Positions 61,268 through 64,000 of a stretch of DNA of 64,000 nucleotides are shown piece by piece. The stretch comes from an uncultured delta proteobacterium (lineage in GTDB: Bacteria; Desulfobacterota; Syntrophia; Syntrophales; Smithellaceae), in NCBI GenBank assembly GCA_963753975.1, contig CAVWEH010000002.1:288001-352000 (forward strand), written 5' to 3'. The translations under genes and the position numbers were made by a program. How positions within the stretch are numbered: position 1 is the stretch's first letter; each line of letters starts with the position of its first letter. The notes under the pieces were generated by a model, which was given only the letters and a program-made list of their open reading frames with translations, had not been told where the DNA came from and did no database searches.

Positions 61268-62251
61268 TTGAGCAGGTTATCGATTTTGAAAACTTCCGGC
61301 AGCTTCTTTCTCCATAATCCCTTTCTCAGAATTTTATTAATTATTTTTTTTTCTGTAGCGGCGGCGGCTTTCGTTCCGATTTTCGGCTCTATTTTTCTTC
61401 TATTTCTCCCGCTGCTTTTGTTTTTTTGCGGCGTGTCCAAAGGCATGGTTAAATCATCAGGCGCTTTGCTGATTTCTTTACTACCGCTTTTTCTCCTTTC
61501 TCATTTTTTTCAATTTGATACACTTTATCTCGCAATATTAACGACGGGAATTGCCGGTATTTTAATTGCCGCGTTAGTTTTTAAAAATGTATCTATCGAA
61601 AAAACGGTACTTTATACTTCCCTTTTTATCATCACATCCATCTGTGCTTATTTCGTTTATGGCGGTTATAGCCAAAATATTAACCCGTGGCATCTCGTTC
61701 AAAAATTTGTTACCCAAACAGTTGAAGAAAACATAAAAATGTATTCCCTGCTTACCACCGACAAAGATTACATTAATTTTATAAATGACAACAAGCAGAC
61801 CATAATCAATTTCTTCACCGGCATTTTTCCTTCTTTAGTTATCGTCGCTTCCGCTTTTATTGTCTGGATTAACATGCTCATGGGAAGAGATTTGCTGCAC
61901 AGGCAAAGCATTTTATTTCCTCAGTTGGAAGGCTTATCCCGCTGGAAAGCTCCGGAATTTATGATCTGGATATTTATCGTCTCCTGCGCCCTCCTTTTTG
62001 TTCCCTTTGAGCAAATAATCATTTTCAGCCGGAACATATTGATTGTGACTTGTTTTGTCTATTTACTGCAAGGCTTTGCTATCATTAGCTTCCTTTTCCA
62101 AAACAAAAAGGTGCCGTATTTTTTTCGTTATCTTTTTTACTTTTTAATTGCAGTTCAGCAAATTCTTATGATACCAATAATGGTCGCCGGAATATTCGAT
62201 ATTTGGATCGATTTCAGGAGATTTTTTCAAAAAGACGAGACAACTACTTGA
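61268..62251 (+). CDS. DUF2232/YybS-family membrane protein
   Basis: Highly hydrophobic, QG, G..D.WIDFR C-terminal motif; conserved position between rpsR and rplI. Confidence 0.85.
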   Translation: MSRLSILKTSGSFFLHNPFLRILLIIFFSVAAAAFVPIFGSIFLLFLPLLLFFCGVSKGMVKSSGALLISLLPLFLLSHFFQFDTLYLAILTTGIAGILIAALVFKNVSIEKTVLYTSLFIITSICAYFVYGGYSQNINPWHLVQKFVTQTVEENIKMYSLLTTDKDYINFINDNKQTIINFFTGIFPSLVIVASAFIVWINMLMGRDLLHRQSILFPQLEGLSRWKAPEFMIWIFIVSCALLFVPFEQIIIFSRNILIVTCFVYLLQGFAIISFLFQNKKVPYFFRYLFYFLIAVQQILMIPIMVAGIFDIWIDFRRFFQKDETTT

Positions 62252-62290
62252 TAATTTTGCCACTATTACTTTCACCAACGGAGGGGTTTC

Positions 62291-62743
62291 ATGAAGATAA
62301 TTTTGAAACAGAGCGTGTCTTCTTTGGGCAAGGCCGGGGATTTAATCAAAGTACATGACGGTTATGCCCGCAACTATTTGATTCCCAAGGGCTTAGCCCT
62401 AGAAGCCAATGAAAAGAATATTAAATCCTTTGAGCATGAGAAAAGGAATATTCTGCAAAAAGCCGAAAAGGAGTACAAAGGCGCTGAAGACTTGGCTTTG
62501 GTTTTAGCCAATGTCACCCTTTCCTTTTCACGCAAAATCGGCGATCAGGATAAAATCTTCGGTTCGGTGACAACAAAAGACATCGAAGAAGCGCTGAAGG
62601 AAAAAGGTTACAATATTGACCGCAAAATGATTATCCTTCACGAGCATATAAAATCACTAGGCGAATTCAAGGTAAAAATCAAGTTGACAGCCGGTGTGGA
62701 AACTGAAATCAATTTAACCGTTATTGGCGAATCACAGGTATGA
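62291..62743 (+). CDS. rplI: 50S ribosomal protein L9
   Basis: LGKAGD, GYARNYLIPKG, FGSVT. Confidence 0.97.
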   Translation: MKIILKQSVSSLGKAGDLIKVHDGYARNYLIPKGLALEANEKNIKSFEHEKRNILQKAEKEYKGAEDLALVLANVTLSFSRKIGDQDKIFGSVTTKDIEEALKEKGYNIDRKMIILHEHIKSLGEFKVKIKLTAGVETEINLTVIGESQV

Positions 62744-63032
62744 ATCATAAAGCAAGCATTGGAATTATTTCATGAGCTCGTTACTAGTTATTATACCCCT
62801 GCTTATGAGGGATAATTCGGCTAAAAAACTTCAATTCGCCTATAGTGACCTTTAGGTTATTCGCTTTTGAAGTTTGAGTCTCATTACCCTCCGCTGCGCG
62901 GGATTGTTCAACTTACAGATATTATTGCACTGCGTTTGTGGAGCACCTCTGTAAGGAGCCAGAGGCCATCTTCAAAGACGTGACATCCCGTAACGGGATA
63001 ATATCTGAGTTTCATTAGAATTGGAGTTTCAC
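62730..63032 (+). repeat. Structured repeat family A, tandem two-unit copy
   Basis: AATCACAGGTATGAA start; unit 1 resembles 3828..3933, unit 2 resembles 55461..55595. Confidence 0.85.
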
Positions 63033-63039
63033 TAATAAA

Positions 63040-64000
63040 ATGAGAGATATAGATCCATCTTTATACAAAGTTCCACCGCAAAATATCGAGGCCGAACAGT
63101 CTATTCTAGGCAGCATTCTCCTGGAAAACAGCGCCGTCAACAGCGCTCTGGAAATTCTTACCAAAGATGATTTCTATAACGAGGCACACCGCAAGATTTT
63201 TAGCGTCATCATCGAGCTTTCTGAAAAAAACGAAGCCGTGGACCTCATAACTTTAAGTAACGCCCTTAAAGATAAAAGCCTGTTGGATTCGGTCGGAGGC
63301 ACATCCTACCTCGCCTCTTTGGTAGATAACGTCCCCTCGGCGGCAAACGTTGCCAATTACGCAAAAATAGTCAAGGAAAAAGCGATTCTGCGCGGATTGA
63401 TCGGTTCGGCTACGGAAATCATCGGCAGTTGTTATGAACCCGGCTCCGACGTTGACGAGGTGCTGGATAAAGCTGAACACAGAATTTTTGAAATTTCCGA
63501 AAATAAAGTGCGTCCTTCTTTTTACCCGATTCGCGAGATAGTAAAGGATAGTTTCCGGTCAATCGAAGACCTTTTCTCGCGCAAAGAGCTGATTACCGGC
63601 GTGCCCACCGGTTTTGAAAGAATCGATGATTTGACTTCCGGCTTACAGAAATCCGAATTGATTATTGTCGCTGGACGTCCCAGCATGGGGAAAACCGCTT
63701 TCGCCCTGAACATCGCCCAGTTTGCCGCTATGGAAGCGCAAACACCCGCAGCTATCTTTTCTCTGGAAATGTCTAAAGAACAGTTGGCCTTCCGTATGCT
63801 GGCCTCGGAAGCTAAAGTCGATTCCCAGCGGCTGAGAAAAGGATTTTTAGGGGAGACCGATTGGCCGAAACTGACGACCGCCGCCGGCCGTCTTTCCGAA
63901 GCCCCACTCTTTATCGACGATACTCCCGCTATCACTGTTTTGGAAATGAAGGCTAAATCACGAAGGCTCAAAGCCGACACCGGACTGGGACTGATTATCG
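63040..64000 (+). CDS. dnaB: Replicative DNA helicase, partial (runs off the window)
   Basis: Manual translation MRDIDPSLYKVPPQNIEAEQSILG, later GVPTGF, AGRPSMGKTAF, FSLEMS. Confidence 0.97.
   Translation, partial: MRDIDPSLYKVPPQNIEAEQSILGSILLENSAVNSALEILTKDDFYNEAHRKIFSVIIELSEKNEAVDLITLSNALKDKSLLDSVGGTSYLASLVDNVPSAANVANYAKIVKEKAILRGLIGSATEIIGSCYEPGSDVDEVLDKAEHRIFEISENKVRPSFYPIREIVKDSFRSIEDLFSRKELITGVPTGFERIDDLTSGLQKSELIIVAGRPSMGKTAFALNIAQFAAMEAQTPAAIFSLEMSKEQLAFRMLASEAKVDSQRLRKGFLGETDWPKLTTAAGRLSEAPLFIDDTPAITVLEMKAKSRRLKADTGLGLII

Noticed and set aside
63253..63980. Minus-strand ORFs
   Set aside because: Antisense shadows of dnaB

Overview
Mostly core-genome window of an anaerobic deltaproteobacterium. 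Gene content and order suggest Desulfobacterota/Syntrophales such as Smithella (inference only). It contains: prfB (programmed +1 frameshift) with lnt, a CorC-like gene and a radical SAM gene; tRNA-Asp/Val; tig-clpP-clpX-lon; a c-di-GMP signalling block (REC-HD-GYP, PAS kinase, Rcp1-like RR, REC-GGDEF) between two tRNAs; a PAS/GAF-GGDEF-EAL gene; a Ddl-like ATP-grasp gene; a CoA-transferase-GNAT fusion; a decaying ~13 kb glycosylation island beside tRNA-Leu(TAA); mtaD; pyrK/pyrD; rimI; a partial mannose-type PTS; a recD remnant; an ALDH with a giant CoA-dehydratase activase; an amidase; a MetF-MetV fusion; uppP; a PAS-HD-GYP gene; an lsrF-like aldolase with a Zn-ADH; and rpsF-rpsR-DUF2232-rplI-dnaB. 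The most interesting signal is non-coding. (1) Two diverged copies of an unrecognised ~110-165 nt structured element lie at 3.7 kb and 55.7 kb. (2) A modular structured repeat family (3.8, 55.4, 62.7 kb) shows covarying stems, GNRA loops and TCAC ends. (3) A 16-bp-TIR MITE family has one copy inserted in frame (39 aa) in a dehydrogenase and another supplying the rimI stop codon. No CRISPR array, transposase or integrase was seen.
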